Positions 49,201-64,000 of a stretch of 64,000 nucleotides of DNA are shown here, piece by piece. The notes under the pieces are model-generated. The model had not been told where the DNA came from. It was given only the letters and a program-made list of their open reading frames with translations, and searched no databases. The stretch comes from Adineta vaga. Taxonomy: Eukaryota; Animalia; Rotifera. The stretch lies in contig CP075496.1 in NCBI GenBank assembly GCA_021613535.1, forward strand, positions 10,416,001 through 10,480,000, written 5' to 3'. Positions within the stretch are counted from its first letter, which is position 1. Every line of letters starts with the position of its first letter. The position numbers and the translations under genes are program-made.

Positions 49201-52200
49201 TATCATAAATGCGAACGTTTTTGTCATTGAAAAATCATATAAGAAAAGATTACTTGAAGTGTTTATATAATATAATCAGTTCAGTGGATGATATAATATT
49301 CTTATGAGAAGGAAAACGCTTCTATGTAATATTTTCTCTATACAATGCTTTTTAGGATACTCAGTTCTCTTCATGGTCAAGAATTATGTATATTCGAAGA
49401 ACATATTCGATTTATTTTAAAAAAACTGCAACCTGCTTTTCTTGGCAAAGTAAATTATATTGATGAAAATATTTTTCATGATTTTGCAATCGAAGCCAAT
49501 CGTCATATTGATCAAGTTCGTTGAATAGATCACAAAAATTTCATTTGATATATGTGTACATATTTTAGTTAACTGATATGGTTACATCTTTCAAAGAAAA
49601 TTATATAAAATGTTGTACTAAATGTGTTGATATTAGTCAACAATTATTTGTTAAAATTGATGCTGGAATTATTTTTAATTATTCAACATTTACTGATCTA
49701 TTAGTAGGTTGATTTGATCATTGGATGAATACGAATTTTTCTTCTAATCTAGAAATCAGTGAATAATATGAGTCTAAACCGTATGCGTGAAATGTATGAA
49801 GAAATGACAGCTGGAATACGTGTACAACAAATGATATTCAAAGATAATTCAGATAAAGTCAATGATCATTCTAATAGAGAGTTAATAATGATTTTCTTTT
49901 TTCTCTTATAGATTCGGCAATGTTGGGATCATTGGTTAAGTTCAATTGATTGCATGCTTGAGAAAGCTTTACTAGTTAATGTAACTAATTCTCTTGAACA
50001 CTTATCGTATATTGTTAATGGCGATAATCAAACTACATCAACACCATTTATGAATATTGAACTTCATTTAAATCGTATGGAAACATTAGCTGGAAATATT
50101 AAATATACAGTAAAATGAATTGTTTTCGACACGATTTATTTGAATATTTCCTTCGTTTAGTTAACTTTTCGACCAACACTTGAAGAATTAACTGATACAT
50201 TAAATGCTGTTGGTCAAATTCAAGTCAATGAATCTCTTAAACATTTCGTTCGTCTATGTGATTTATTTTCTTATTATTCATTTCAAAGAGAAGTAATAAA
50301 ATAATAAATATTCTCATTTTATATTTTCTTATTTGCTCTCTAGTCTTACTATCTTATGATTGATAATCATTCAACTAAACAAAAAATACAAAATAAAATC
50401 ACTGTAGGAATAACTAATTGTATCGCTGATATTGATAAATATGTTGAAACAAATTGGTTTCGTTTCCGTCAATTATGGGAAGTTGATAAAACAAGTTTTA
50501 TTGCTGTTTATGAATCTGAAAATACGGATTTACAAGGTTTAGAAGCAGATATTGCTCGGTAAATTCATATCTCTTCTCTTCAATCATCTTCATCCATTAT
50601 TCTCCTCATAGTTACACGGAAGTAGCAAATAATATTAATAATCAAGAAACAATTGTGAATATACGAATGATACAAATTGATTGTACATTATTTAAAGTTT
50701 CATTAATACAAATTTGTCATCAATGGCAGCAAAGTTTAATACAAATTGTTCTAGTTCGATTAGAAAAAGATTTACAGATTATTTTAACATTGATTAAAAA
50801 TAATACCGAAAAGTAAGTTATCAATCATAATAAAATAGATATGAAAAGACTATAGCGAATGTATATTCGACAATCGTTTTGATTGTAAATAGGATAAATA
50901 TACTTCCTAAAACTTATGCTGAAATTCCAATCTATCAACAATTTATTGATGAACTCAAAATGGATATATCAAGAATTGAAACAAAACTACCATTAATCGA
51001 TGAAGAAGTTACTCTATTACTGCGATATGAAATCGAAATTGATTCGAAAGTAATCATTGATTAATCGATACTACTAAAATGTAATTTCAATTGATATTTG
51101 AAGTTTTTGGAACAACATCATACGTTATCACGTTCATGGGAGAATTATAAATCTTTACTTGATGAATCAATAACTTCATTCAAACGAGTTAAAGTAAAGT
51201 TAATTTTATTTCTCTGACAATTGTCTTTCTTTTACGTTTAGGAAGCTTTCAAAGTTCAATTACAGAAAGAACATGAAAAAATTCATCATGAAATTATTGA
51301 ATTACATAAAGTTTTTCAATTCATCGGTCCACATCGAGCAGATATGTTTATATCAATTGCGTTGAATGATTGTGAGAAAATTGAAGAACAAATTGATGAA
51401 ATTGAAAATCAAGAAAAACGATTAAAAAATGCGTATCGAATATTTAATTTAGATATGATATTTTCGAAAGATTTACAAAATATTCAAAAAGTTTGTTTTG
51501 TTTATCATTGTTTTCAAATCATTGATGTTGAAAACTTATTTTAGGATGTGGGAATACTGAAATCAATTTGGTTAGTTGCAAAAGAATATGAAGAGATGTT
51601 AATGAAATGGAAAACAACAGTATTTCGTCAATTGAATATCAATGAATTAAATGATTTTGCTCAAAATCAATATAAAATCTTACTAAAAATGTCACGAGAA
51701 TATAAAGTAAAGGAAGAGAATGATGATAATATTTTCTTTTTATAAAGTCAGAAAAATCATGTATATTTAGGACAAATCATGGGGTATTCTTGAATCACTT
51801 CGTGAACGTATTGATACATTTCGTCGTATAATTCCACTGATTGAATCTTTGTACAATCCACATATGCGTTCTCGGCATTGGGAACAAATCAAACGTGAAA
51901 CAGAGAAAACCTTCGAACACGAATCCAATCAATTTACACTCGAACAAATTCTTAATTTACATTTGTAAATCATTTCGAAATTAAAGACAATATTTTGACG
52001 AATATTTTTAGTGAGGAAAACATTCAAGTCATCACGGAAATTTCAGAAAATGCAACAAAAGAATATGCAATCGAGCGAATAGTTGAAAAAATAATGCAAA
52101 CATGGAATAGTTTGAAGTTCGAAACAACAATCCATAAAACAAATGTTTTCAAAATAAAGTACGCAGAATTTATTACAATACATCGGTTTTTTTCTCCAAT

Positions 52201-55200
52201 GTATATGTTGTTTGTATAGAGCACCGGATGAAATCATTCAATCTATTGAGGAACATACAGCTCAAATCTCTACGATTAAAGGTACTCGTCATGTCAAAGC
52301 ATTTCAACATGAAGTGGATAATTGGGAAAAAACTATTGCACAAATCTCTGAATTATGTGATGGATTATTTGATGTTCAACGACAATGGTTATATATGGAA
52401 GGAATATTTACATCGGATGATGTTCAAAGACAATTACCACGTGAAACAACAGAATTTAAACATGTGAATAACATTTGGCAAGAAGAAATTCTCAGGAAAA
52501 TTCGAGATAATCCAAATGCATTATATGTAGCAACAAAATTAAGTTCGTGAAATGTTATTTTGTAATTCAAAAACACTTTTTCTAAACTTGGTTTAGATTT
52601 CTCTGAAAAGATACAAAAAATATTGAGATATTTAGAAAATATTCAAAAGAAAATGGATGATTATTTAGAAACCAAACGTTCTATTTTTCCACGGTTTTAC
52701 TTCATATCAAATGAAGAATTAGTAGAAATTCTCAGTTTATCTCGTCAACCTGATCTTATTCAAATTCATCTAAAGAAATTATTTGAAAATATCAAAAGTT
52801 TACGTTTATTAATTAAAAAAACAATTCTAGCGAATGGAATTATTTCGAATGAAAATGAAGAAATTAATCTTTTAGCAACATTGTCTCTCGAAGGAAATGT
52901 CGAACTATGGTTGAAAGATTTAGAAACTAAAATGCAAATAACCGTACGAGAATATTTGAAAAATTGTTTATCAGCTCTGAAATTACAAGGAAGTAAACGT
53001 GAAAAATGGATAAAAGATTGGCCAAGTCAATCTTGTGTTACTGCAAGTGAAATTGAATGGACATCGGCAACAACGAAAGCACTACTCGCATGTCAAACAG
53101 ATGGCAGTTTAAAACCATTGAAAAAATTATTTCGAACACAAGTATGTCCTATTAAACTCCATTGACAAGGATTAGGAATGATTTATAGATTAAAATTCTC
53201 GATCGGTATTCATTGATGAGTCGTTTGTCACTTGACAAAATTCTTCGTCTTCGTATCAATGGTATAATTACGAAAGAAGTACATGGACGTGATATTCTGG
53301 AACGATTAATTAAAACTCAAACAGTAGATATTCAATCATTTGAATGGCAAATGCAATTAAGATTTTATTGGGAACGATATGAACAAAGTGAAGATTGTAT
53401 TATTCGACAAACAATTACAAAATTTAATTATAATTATGTACGTATTCATTGAATAGGATAGTCAAGTAATTACTTGTTAACTGATTTCTAAAATAGGAAT
53501 ATTTGGGTTGTACAAGTCGTCTAGTTATTTCACCCTTGACTGATCGATGTTATGTTACATTAACTATTGCTCTTCATTTATTTCGTGGTGGAAGTTCGAA
53601 AGGACCAGCTGGTATGTTCAACACGATCTTTTTTCACATAATAGAATACAATAAACTCAATATGTTCATATCTATAGGAACTGGCAAAACTGAAACAATA
53701 AAAGATTTAGGAAAGAATTTTGGCATATATGTCGTCGTACAAAATTGTTCGAAAGAGCTCGACTATAAATCGATGGGGAAAATGTTTTCCGGCTTTGCTC
53801 AGGTCTTTTTTTTACAAATCTTATCTTTTATGTAAATAAATCTTATGTGATCCTTCTAGAGTGGCACATGGGGTTGTTTTGATGAGTATATTATACGATT
53901 GTCATAGATTTCAAAACTTAGTTTTTGTATTCGTAGATTTAATCGCATAAATATTGAAGTGTTATCTGTTATTGCACAGCAAATTCATTCTATTCTAACA
54001 GCTCTATCACTAAAACAGAAACGATTTGTTTTTGAAGGCAAAGAAATTCCACTTCAATCTCAAGTTGGGATCTTTATCACAATGAATCCAGGTTTGAATT
54101 TGATTTTCAACTGTACATAAAACCGAATTAATACGATTAGGTTATGCTGGTCGAACGGAATTACCTGATAATTTAAAATCAATGTTTCGATCTGTATCAA
54201 TGGTTGTACCAGATTCCATTTATATTGCCGAAAACTTTCTTTTTAGTGAAGGTTTTCAAAATACACGCGTAAATATTTGTGAAAAATCAAGTTACAAAAA
54301 TATTAGTTCTTCACTGTAGAATTTAGCTCGTAAAGTTTATACTTTGTATCAATTATCTGCACAACAGTTATCAAAACAAGATCATTATGATTTTGGTTTA
54401 CGATCTCTAACAGTAAGGAAATCTTTTGCATGTATTCGTATTGTACTTGTAGATAAGAAATAGAGAGTAGTTCGAATTGCTCAAAATAAAATAAATGTTT
54501 TCCTTTTCAGGCCGTTTTACGATACGCTGGTGAAAAGAAACGAGCAAATCTGAAAATGACTGATGATGAAGTAAAGTTCCATTCTTTCAATAACGTCAAT
54601 TCTATTGTCATAGGTTCTTCTTTTATCAATGCTCGATATGAATGCACCAAAAATGACAGCACAAGATCTACCTCTATTCAAAAATATTGTCGATGATTTA
54701 TTTCCTAATATAACAATACCAAAAATTGATTATTCAAAAGTTTGATCACTTTCATTTCATAAAATTCTATTTACTTGTCCTTAATTAGTTAATTGAAACT
54801 ATAGAAAACGAAATGAGAAGAACTAATTTACAAATAACAACAATAAGTATCGAAAAAGTCATTCAGTTATATGAAACACATCATTCACGTCATTCGGTAA
54901 TGCTTGTCGGAAAGACTTTATCGGGGAAAACGACAACATGGAAATTATTCCAATATGCACTAACATCATTGAATAAACAAGGTTATACTGAATTCAATAA
55001 AGTTATTGTAAGATAAATTTGAATCTTTATGTAAAGAATATCTTATCTAAACTATAGGAATATCCAATTAATCCAAAAGCTGTTAGTCTTGGTGAACTTT
55101 ATGGACAATTTAATCTTGCTACGAATGAATGGAATGATGGAATTCTTAGTAAAATTATGCGACAAGTTTGCACTGGTTTGTTTTTCATCGATTAAATGTC

Positions 55201-58200
55201 AATTCATTAAGTTAATAAGAAGTTTTACATTCAGATGAAAAATCCGATCGAAAATTAATTCTTTTCGATGCTCCAATTGATACATCATGGATTGAATCAA
55301 TGAATTCATTAATGGACGATAATAAATTATTAACATTAGCAAATGGAGAACGAATATCATTGTCACTACATGTAACATTACTATTTGAAACTGAAGATTT
55401 ATCAACAGCTTCACCAGCAACTGTTTCTCGAGCCGGTATTATTTATTGTGATTATATTAAGTTAGGATGGAAACCATATTTTGATTCATGGTTAAAGCAA
55501 AAAGCATCACAAGTGAATCATAGAATATAAATTGTCACTTCTATTGAATTGATTTCATGTAGGATCTTCAAGTTGAACTTTCTAATTGTTTAACAAAATA
55601 TTTAGAACCAATTATGAACTATAAGTATTTGAATTGTAAAGAATTAGTAGCTATTCATGAATTGAATGGAATTATTTCATTGACGAAGTTGTTCGATTCA
55701 TTTTGGTATGAGAATGATATTCAAATGCAAATGAATGAAAATGAAATGAATACAGGACGTTTGATTGAAATGTGGTTTGTATTTTGTTTGATTTGGTCAG
55801 TAGGAGCAAGTGTTGATGATGATGGACGAAAGAAAATTGATATTATCTTTCGTGAAACTGAAGGTACGCATATTGACTTGTGATGAAAAGACTTGATTTT
55901 AATCAATCATTGAATAATTTTAGGTACATTTCCAAATAAAGATACAGTATTTGAATTTTATATTGATACAAATAATCGAACATGGTTACATTGGGAAGAA
56001 CAATTGAAAGGAGAATGGATATATGATACTGAGTAAATTTTTCAATGTGTATTTATTGAACTTTTATAGTATGAATGTAAATTTAGAATACCATTTTATA
56101 AAATGATTGTACCGACAATTGACACCGTTCGTTATGAATATTTGATAAGTCATTTATTGCGTAATAAATATCAAGTTTTACTTGTTGGTACTGTCGGAAC
56201 TGGAAAAACAACAGTAGCAGAAAATGTTCTGAAGAAACTAGATTCAGATGTGTTTAATACACTTACTATTCATATGTCAGCTCGTGTAAATAGATAAACG
56301 AAAAAATGAATTTTTTCATTTTCATTTTAAGAAACATATTTTAATTTATTAGACAACATCAAAAATGCTACAAGATATATTTGAATCAAATTTGGAAAAA
56401 CGAACAAAAAATCTATTTGTGCCTGCGAATGGCAGAAGAATGATTGTATTTATTGACAATATGAATATGCCATCTAAAGTACAGTTTATCATTTTTATTC
56501 ATATATTTACATGAGAATGAAATTCATCTCAATGCAGTCGAATGGAAGTGATGATTGAGAATATGATATATTTTAGGATACATATGGATTTCAACCAGCA
56601 CTTGAATTAATGTGAGAAATATCCTTTTTAATTTATTACAAAAATTTGTTTTTGTAATTAGTCGCACATGGATCGATTATGAATTCTGGTATGATCGAAA
56701 AACACAAGGCATGAAATATGTGAAAGTGCGTCAAAGAACACAATATTGAAAATGAATAACATTTTTTCGTATGATTTTAATATATTTTAAGAATATGTAT
56801 TTACTCACTGTAATGGGTCCACCAGGTGGCGGTCGTCATGAAATCTCTCGACGATTACAAAGTCGATTTAATCTAATTAATATGACATTTCCATTTGTAA
56901 GACACGAGAAATAATTGACATTAAATCATTCGATATATCATTCTTTAGGAACATGAAATCTGTCGAATCTTTGGTACTAAATTAGTCATTTCTAATTGTT
57001 TAGAGGGTAAAGAAGATACATGGGAGGAAGCAAAGAAAGATTTGGCCAATGTTGATTTTATCAAAACGCTCATTGTTAGTACAATAGTTTGTTTTCTTCA
57101 TATAAAATTATATAGAAAAGGAATCTATTTAGAAATTTCCTAAAGATGACATTTCAGATCGAACTATTCGTCGTATGCAACCATTCATTAATGATAGTGA
57201 ATTAGTTCCTGAAAAATTAAAAGCTGTTTCCAGTGCTGCTAGTGCCTTATGTATCTGGATTCGAGCAATTGAATCTTATGCACGTGTTTATCGTATTGTT
57301 CAACCAAAGAAAGAACGTTATCAAAAAGCAGTGTCGGAATTAAACGAAAAACAAAATTTATTACAAGAATCCAAGAATGAATTATCAAATATTCAAAATA
57401 AAATCGAAACATTACGTTTAGATTACGAATCAAAAATCAAAGAGAAAGATATATTACAAAGAAATGCTGATGAAACAGCAATGTTTCTTGATCGAGCAAC
57501 AAAATTATTGGATGGTGTTGCAGAAAAACGAATTATTTGGGATCGAACATCAAAGAATTTAAATGAAAATTTAAACAATCTCTTAGGAAATTCTCTTCTT
57601 GCTTGTGCATTTCTCTCTTATTTGGGACCATTTTTGTCTAATTATCGAGATGATATTGTACATCAAGTAAATTCAAGAACTAAGAATTATTTTCGATATA
57701 TATTGATCATTGTCTTTTTTGGCGTCAATAGATTTGGGAAGAAGAATTAATTCGTAGTAGAATTCATTTTGAAACGGATTTTAATTTTATAAATTTTATG
57801 ACAACACCAACGATGATTCGAGAATGGAATATTCAAGGATTACCACGTGATAATTTCTCCACAGAAAATGCTCTTTTAGCAACACGATCTTTATCATCTC
57901 CATTATGTAAGAATTGTTTTCCATTCAGTTACTCAAAAATAAGTTAGATTTTGTAATATTGATAATTAACCAATCACTTAGAAATCCAATTCTATTTAGA
58001 AAGATTAACTTTCTTCTACTTTAGTTATTGATCCACAAAATCAAGCAACTAAATGGATCAAACAAATGGAAAAATCTCATGGTCTACGAGTAATCGATAT
58101 ACAAATGCATGACTATATGAAAATAATTGAAGAATGTATTAAAATGGGTAGACCATGTTTATGTCAAAATCTTCATGAAGATATTCCTCAAACATTAAAT

Positions 58201-61200
58201 CCTATTCTAATTAAATCTATTAAAACGAGTTCTGATCATGATTCACATTTCATTCTTCAATTAGGCGATCGTGAAATTGATTATAATCCATCTTTTCGGT
58301 TTTATCTATCAACACGTCTGTCCAATCCACATTATAAACCAGAAATATTCTCGAAAGTTAATTTAATTAATTTCGCATTGAAAGAACAAGGTTTAGAAGA
58401 GCAATTACTCGGTAAGGTTATGTTGTTTTTTTTTCATAAAATTCGATCTGATTTTTAGGTATTGTTGTTCGAAAAGAAAAACCTGATTTAGAAAATGCAA
58501 AAGATAATTGTATCGTAACTATATCGAATAAACATAAAGAAAAAGAATTCTTAGAAGAAGAGTTTCTTCGTCTTTTATCTGAAACTCAAGGAAGTTTATT
58601 AGAAAATGTTAAAGTTTTCGAAGCATTAGATCTATCGAAACAATCTCAAAAAGATATTGATGAAACTTTAAAATTAAATGAAGATTTAGAATTGAAAATC
58701 GATCAAATACGAGATAATTATCGATTAGTCGCACAACGTGCTGCAATCTTATTCTTTGTTTTACAAGATCTAACTATTATTGATCCTATGTATCAATTTT
58801 CACTTGATGCCTATATTCAATTGTTTCTTTTATCAATCGAAAAAAGTACTCGATCATTGAAATTAAATGAACGATTGGAAAAATTAAATGATTATCATAC
58901 ATATGCAGTTTATAAATACGGCTGTCGAGTGAGAATAAACTCAATGGGTAAAAACAAAAACAAATTTCTTCTCGTTTTTTTTAAGAGTCTTTTTGAACGT
59001 CATAAACTTCTATTTTCATTTCATATCTGTACGAAAATAATGGATGTTGATAATCGATTAAATCACGATGAATATCAGTTCTTAATTCGAATAAATATTT
59101 TAACGATCGATCGAGAAACACAATTTCCAAATCCATTTTCAACATGGTTAAATGATGTTCGATGGGATCAAATGAGTGAATTAATTCGTCTACCCGATTA
59201 TCGATTTTTACGTGATTCATTCGATCAATTTCCTAAAGATTGGAAAGAATGGTAAGATCTGTTTAGAAGCTCTATTCGAAAATTTCAATATTATTCTAGG
59301 TATCTATCCGAAGAAGCTGAAAAAGCATCATTACCAGGTACAATTGATTCATTAATTACCGAATTCGGTCGAATATTAATTGTTCGTTGTTTACGACCTG
59401 ATCGTATAACACATTGTTTGTTAAATTTTGTTATACATAATATTGGCTCGAAATTCGTCGACCCACCTATTCTTCAATTGAATACGATTCTTGAAGATTC
59501 CAATAAACGTTCACCGATTATTTTCATTCTATCACAAGGTGTTGATCCATCTGCAAAATTACAACAATTGGCTGAAGATAAAACGATGGCACGTTCTCGA
59601 TATTATACACTGTCATTAGGACAAGGACAAGCAACGACAGCGAGAAAACTATTGGAAACAGGCATGAAAAAAGTATATAGACATTGGTATAAAGAGTGAA
59701 GATTTACTTTTATTTTCTTGAGGGTCATTGGATATTTCTTGCAAATTGTCATCTATCAATAAGTTGGCTTGCTGAACTAGAAAAAATTGTCGAACAATTA
59801 CAAACAGCTGCTGTTCATAATGATTTTCGTTTGTGGTTAAGTTCATCACCAACAATTCATTTTCCGATATCTATCTTACAAATTGGTTTGAAGATTACCA
59901 ATGAACCACAAAAAGTTCTTTATCAAAAGTTTTTCTTTAATAATTAAAATATTTTCTTTGATTTTTCATAGGGTATCAAAGCCAATATGAAACGTTTATA
60001 TGAATTGATCACACCTGAACAATATCAACGAGTGAAACATGGTGAAAAATATCGTAAATTATTATTTGCATTGACTTTTTTTCATTCGATTATTATTGAA
60101 CGAAAAAAATTCTTACAACTCGGTTGGAATGTCATCTACACCTTCAATGATTCAGATTTTCTAATTTCTGAAAATTTACTTGCAACTTATTTGGATATGT
60201 ATGAAAAAACGCCATTCGATGCATTGAAATATCTGATTGCGAATATTATCTATGGTGGACACTGTACTGATGAATGGGATATGCGATTATTACAAGTAAG
60301 TCAATCCTATTTGTCTTAAGATTTGACACGTGAAGTAAAGATTTTCCTAATCGAGTTAAAAGAGAACTCTTGTTTGTTGATCTTTTTCAAGACTTATATC
60401 AATTCTTATATTCGTGATGAAATTCTTGATGTTATGCATTACAAATTATCTTCTATACCGTATTATTATATACCTCGTGATGGTACATTTAAATCGTATA
60501 AAGATTTTATTAATTCTATGCCAACAATTGATCATCCCGAAACTTTTGGGCAACATCCGAATGCAGATGTTACATCACAAATACAAGAATCAAAAATGTT
60601 ATTTGAAACATTATTGAGTATTTTACCACAAAAACTGTCAGCCACTGCAGAAAAAGAAGTTGAAAATGTGGTAAATATATGAACGCTAACATGTTGTTGT
60701 TCACTTCAAATATAAATTCTTGCAGGTTGTCAAGATTGTACGTGAAATGATTAAATCAATGCCTCATTTGATCGATATGGATGCAGTAAAGAAATATATG
60801 TTGATCGATACATCACCTTTAGCTGTAGTACTTTTTCAAGAAGTAAATTCTCATATCATTATCTTCGTATCATGCAATTTATCAACATAGGCTGAACGAT
60901 ATAATGTACTACTTTTGAATATTACAAGTGCTTTGCATGATTTACTTAAAAGTATCGAGGGTCTAGTAGTTATGTCAATTGAACTCGAAGAACTTTTCAA
61001 ATGTATTTATGAAGGACGACTCCCACATACATGGCAACAAGTAATCGAAGTTTGAGAATTATCAACATTTTCAAATGAATTTTTAGACTTATATTTCATT
61101 GAAATCTCTTCCAGCTTGGTTTCAAGATTTACGTCAACGTTTGAATTTCTTTCATTCCTGGGTTGAAAATCAACGTCAACCTATTATCTATTGGATATCA

Positions 61201-61741
61201 GCATTTTCTTATCCAACTTCATTTCTTACTGCTGTATTACAACGAACAGCACGAAAAGATCAAGTAAATCTAACGTTATTTTTATAGTATGATAAATAAA
61301 TTTTTCTAGATTGCTATTGATCAACTTTCATGGGAATTTGATGTGAATAAAATCGAAGATAAATATCTTACAAGTATAGACGATGGCGTTTATATAACGG
61401 GACTGTATCTAGAAGGAGCTAGTTGGGATAGAAAACAAGGAATATTATGTGAAGCTCAATCTATGGAACTTGTTACAATCATGCCTACTATTCATTTCAA
61501 ACCTGTAGAACATAAGAAAAAGTTAACTCGAGGTAGAATATTTTTCTATGATATTTTTCTACGGAAAGTTGTCATAAATTAAATTTTTTAATATTTTGAA
61601 GGTCTTTATATTGCACCATGTTATTATTCATCTATTCACGCTGGATCATTTATTATTGCTGTCGAATTAAAAACAGGTTTGATGCCACCAGAACATTGGA
61701 TCAAACGAGCTACTACTTTACTTATGAATCTTGACAATTGA
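46258..61741 (+). CDS. DNAH2: Axonemal dynein heavy chain, DNAH2 (inner arm I1/f beta)-like, several dozen exons, lacking AAA4 and stalk CC1 in this sequence
   Basis: Tail and linker ([12 protein letters not shown]); AAA1 [42 protein letters not shown]; AAA2 GKTLSGKTT; AAA3 GTVGTGKTT; MTBD/CC2; AAA5 IDPQNQA; AAA6 [16 protein letters not shown]; C-terminus [16 protein letters not shown] resembles DNAH2. Confidence 0.88.
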
Positions 61742-62122
61742 TTATTCAAAATATCCTTTAATCTTTGTTGCGAATAAAATAATCGAAATTGTAAAGTAAA
61801 AGTCTAACTTTTCTATTAACTGAGCATATCAGTAAATGAATTCCTATTCGTTGTAAGAATAAGATTAAATTTGAAAAAGTTAAATATATATATATTCATT
61901 TTAAACACATATAACATTAAATCGTTAGTGAAGAAGAAAACCTCAACATATTCCATTCATGAAATTCAGGCTTACGCAAAGAATTTTTTGATTCAAGGTA
62001 TATCAAACCAAACACACATTTAAAAAGAAATGTTCTTTATATAGAAAGAAAAAACTATACTGAAAGAGAAATCAATGATCTCTCTCATTCTTTTCTTTGT
62101 GACGAAAGTGAATGAGTTTATT

Positions 62123-63078
<956 letters not shown>

Positions 63079-64000
63079 TTTCTTCGTCTCGTTCTTTTTT
63101 GTTCTCTTCCTATCAAAAATGAGTCGGTCAATCAAGAGCAATAATTTTGTGAGAATAGTGAATGCAATACAATAATTTCTCTGTCTCATTCTCTCACTTC
63201 TATTGTTGTTCTCTTTTCTCTTTTTTTTTTGTATTCTATCCGATGACAAGTAGGATTTCTTTCATTTGCAGCGACATATAGGGAAAGACGACGAAAGAGA
63301 GCAGATAATTGACATTTTACACACATTCTCTTTCGCCTTTTCTCCTTCAACAAATGCGTCGAGAAATTCGATTGGTTTAAATATCTCGCACCCATTGATT
63401 GGCAGTTTAAAAGAAAAAGGGAACTTTCTTCGATTAAAAAGAAATATTCTAGCCATTGATCATGTAACAAATTTGTACATGTCTAAATTATATTTCGAAA
63501 TAGAGATTGATCGATCAGTTAATCAATACTTGTGCTTCTTCTTTCATTCTCTTCATTACATATGTTTATGATATGCAAATCAGAAAAATCAACGTTGTAT
63601 CGTTCTCAGCTCTTTTTCTTTTTGTTCTATTTCAAATGAAAATAATTTTCTCATCATCATGTTCTTTGTACGATGTATATATAGTGTCAATAAAGATCGG
63701 ATTGACACTTTGAAGGTGGTAGTTATTCGATTAATAATAATCGATCGATTCGATTGAATCGCTCGTGCTTGTACAAATGCTCAATGGATGATGATTAGAA
63801 GAAGAAGAAGAAGATAGACATACATTACATTTCATTTTCTCTTTGATTATCCTCATAAACAGATTGGCATTGATGATCAAGCAGGTGAAGTCAATCAAGG
63901 ACATAAGTCACCTGGATATTTTCTATTCTTTTAATGTTTATTGATTGTCTCTAGTCGTAGTTAATGTCACACATTGGATATTATCGTTTGTTCATTGAAT

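Noticed and set aside
63186-64000. Overlapping ORFs upstream of barh
   Set aside because: No domains and conflicting frames; consistent with the 5'UTR/promoter of the homeobox gene

Overview
AT-rich eukaryotic (metazoan) genomic DNA, gene-dense, with many short (~45-70 nt) GT-AG introns. This is not a prokaryotic window, and the ORF track mostly shows exon fragments. Intron size, donor usage and composition resemble a bdelloid rotifer genome (inference, not provable from the sequence). Hand-spliced gene models, in order: HEXDC-like GH20 hexosaminidase (+, 5' end probably outside the window), divergent GluN3-like NMDA receptor subunit (+), small orphan gene with an RFX X-box (+), Frizzled-5/8 (-), RNF212/Zip3-like RING protein (+), GIGYF (-), NDUFA7 (-), SSX2IP/ADIP-like (-), Rx homeobox (-), ANKRD34-like ankyrin protein (-), SUEL-lectin/CUB/mucin single-pass receptor (+), small orphan (-), ATF4/5-like bZIP (-), DNAH2-like axonemal dynein heavy chain (+) and BarH homeobox (-). 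No tRNA, rRNA, transposase or CRISPR array was recognised. Most notable observations: (1) the dynein has an in-frame internal gap removing AAA4 and stalk CC1; (2) ATF4 has a complete uORF translational-control layout plus a cluster of its own CARE binding motifs in its promoter; (3) SSX2IP and NDUFA7 have an operon-like junction with a polyA signal followed by an unpaired splice acceptor; (4) the GluN3-like subunit lacks the ligand-binding Arg and has a Lys in the gate motif; (5) a putative meiotic crossover RING gene is intact; (6) apparent 1-bp deletions in three genes are most likely assembly errors.
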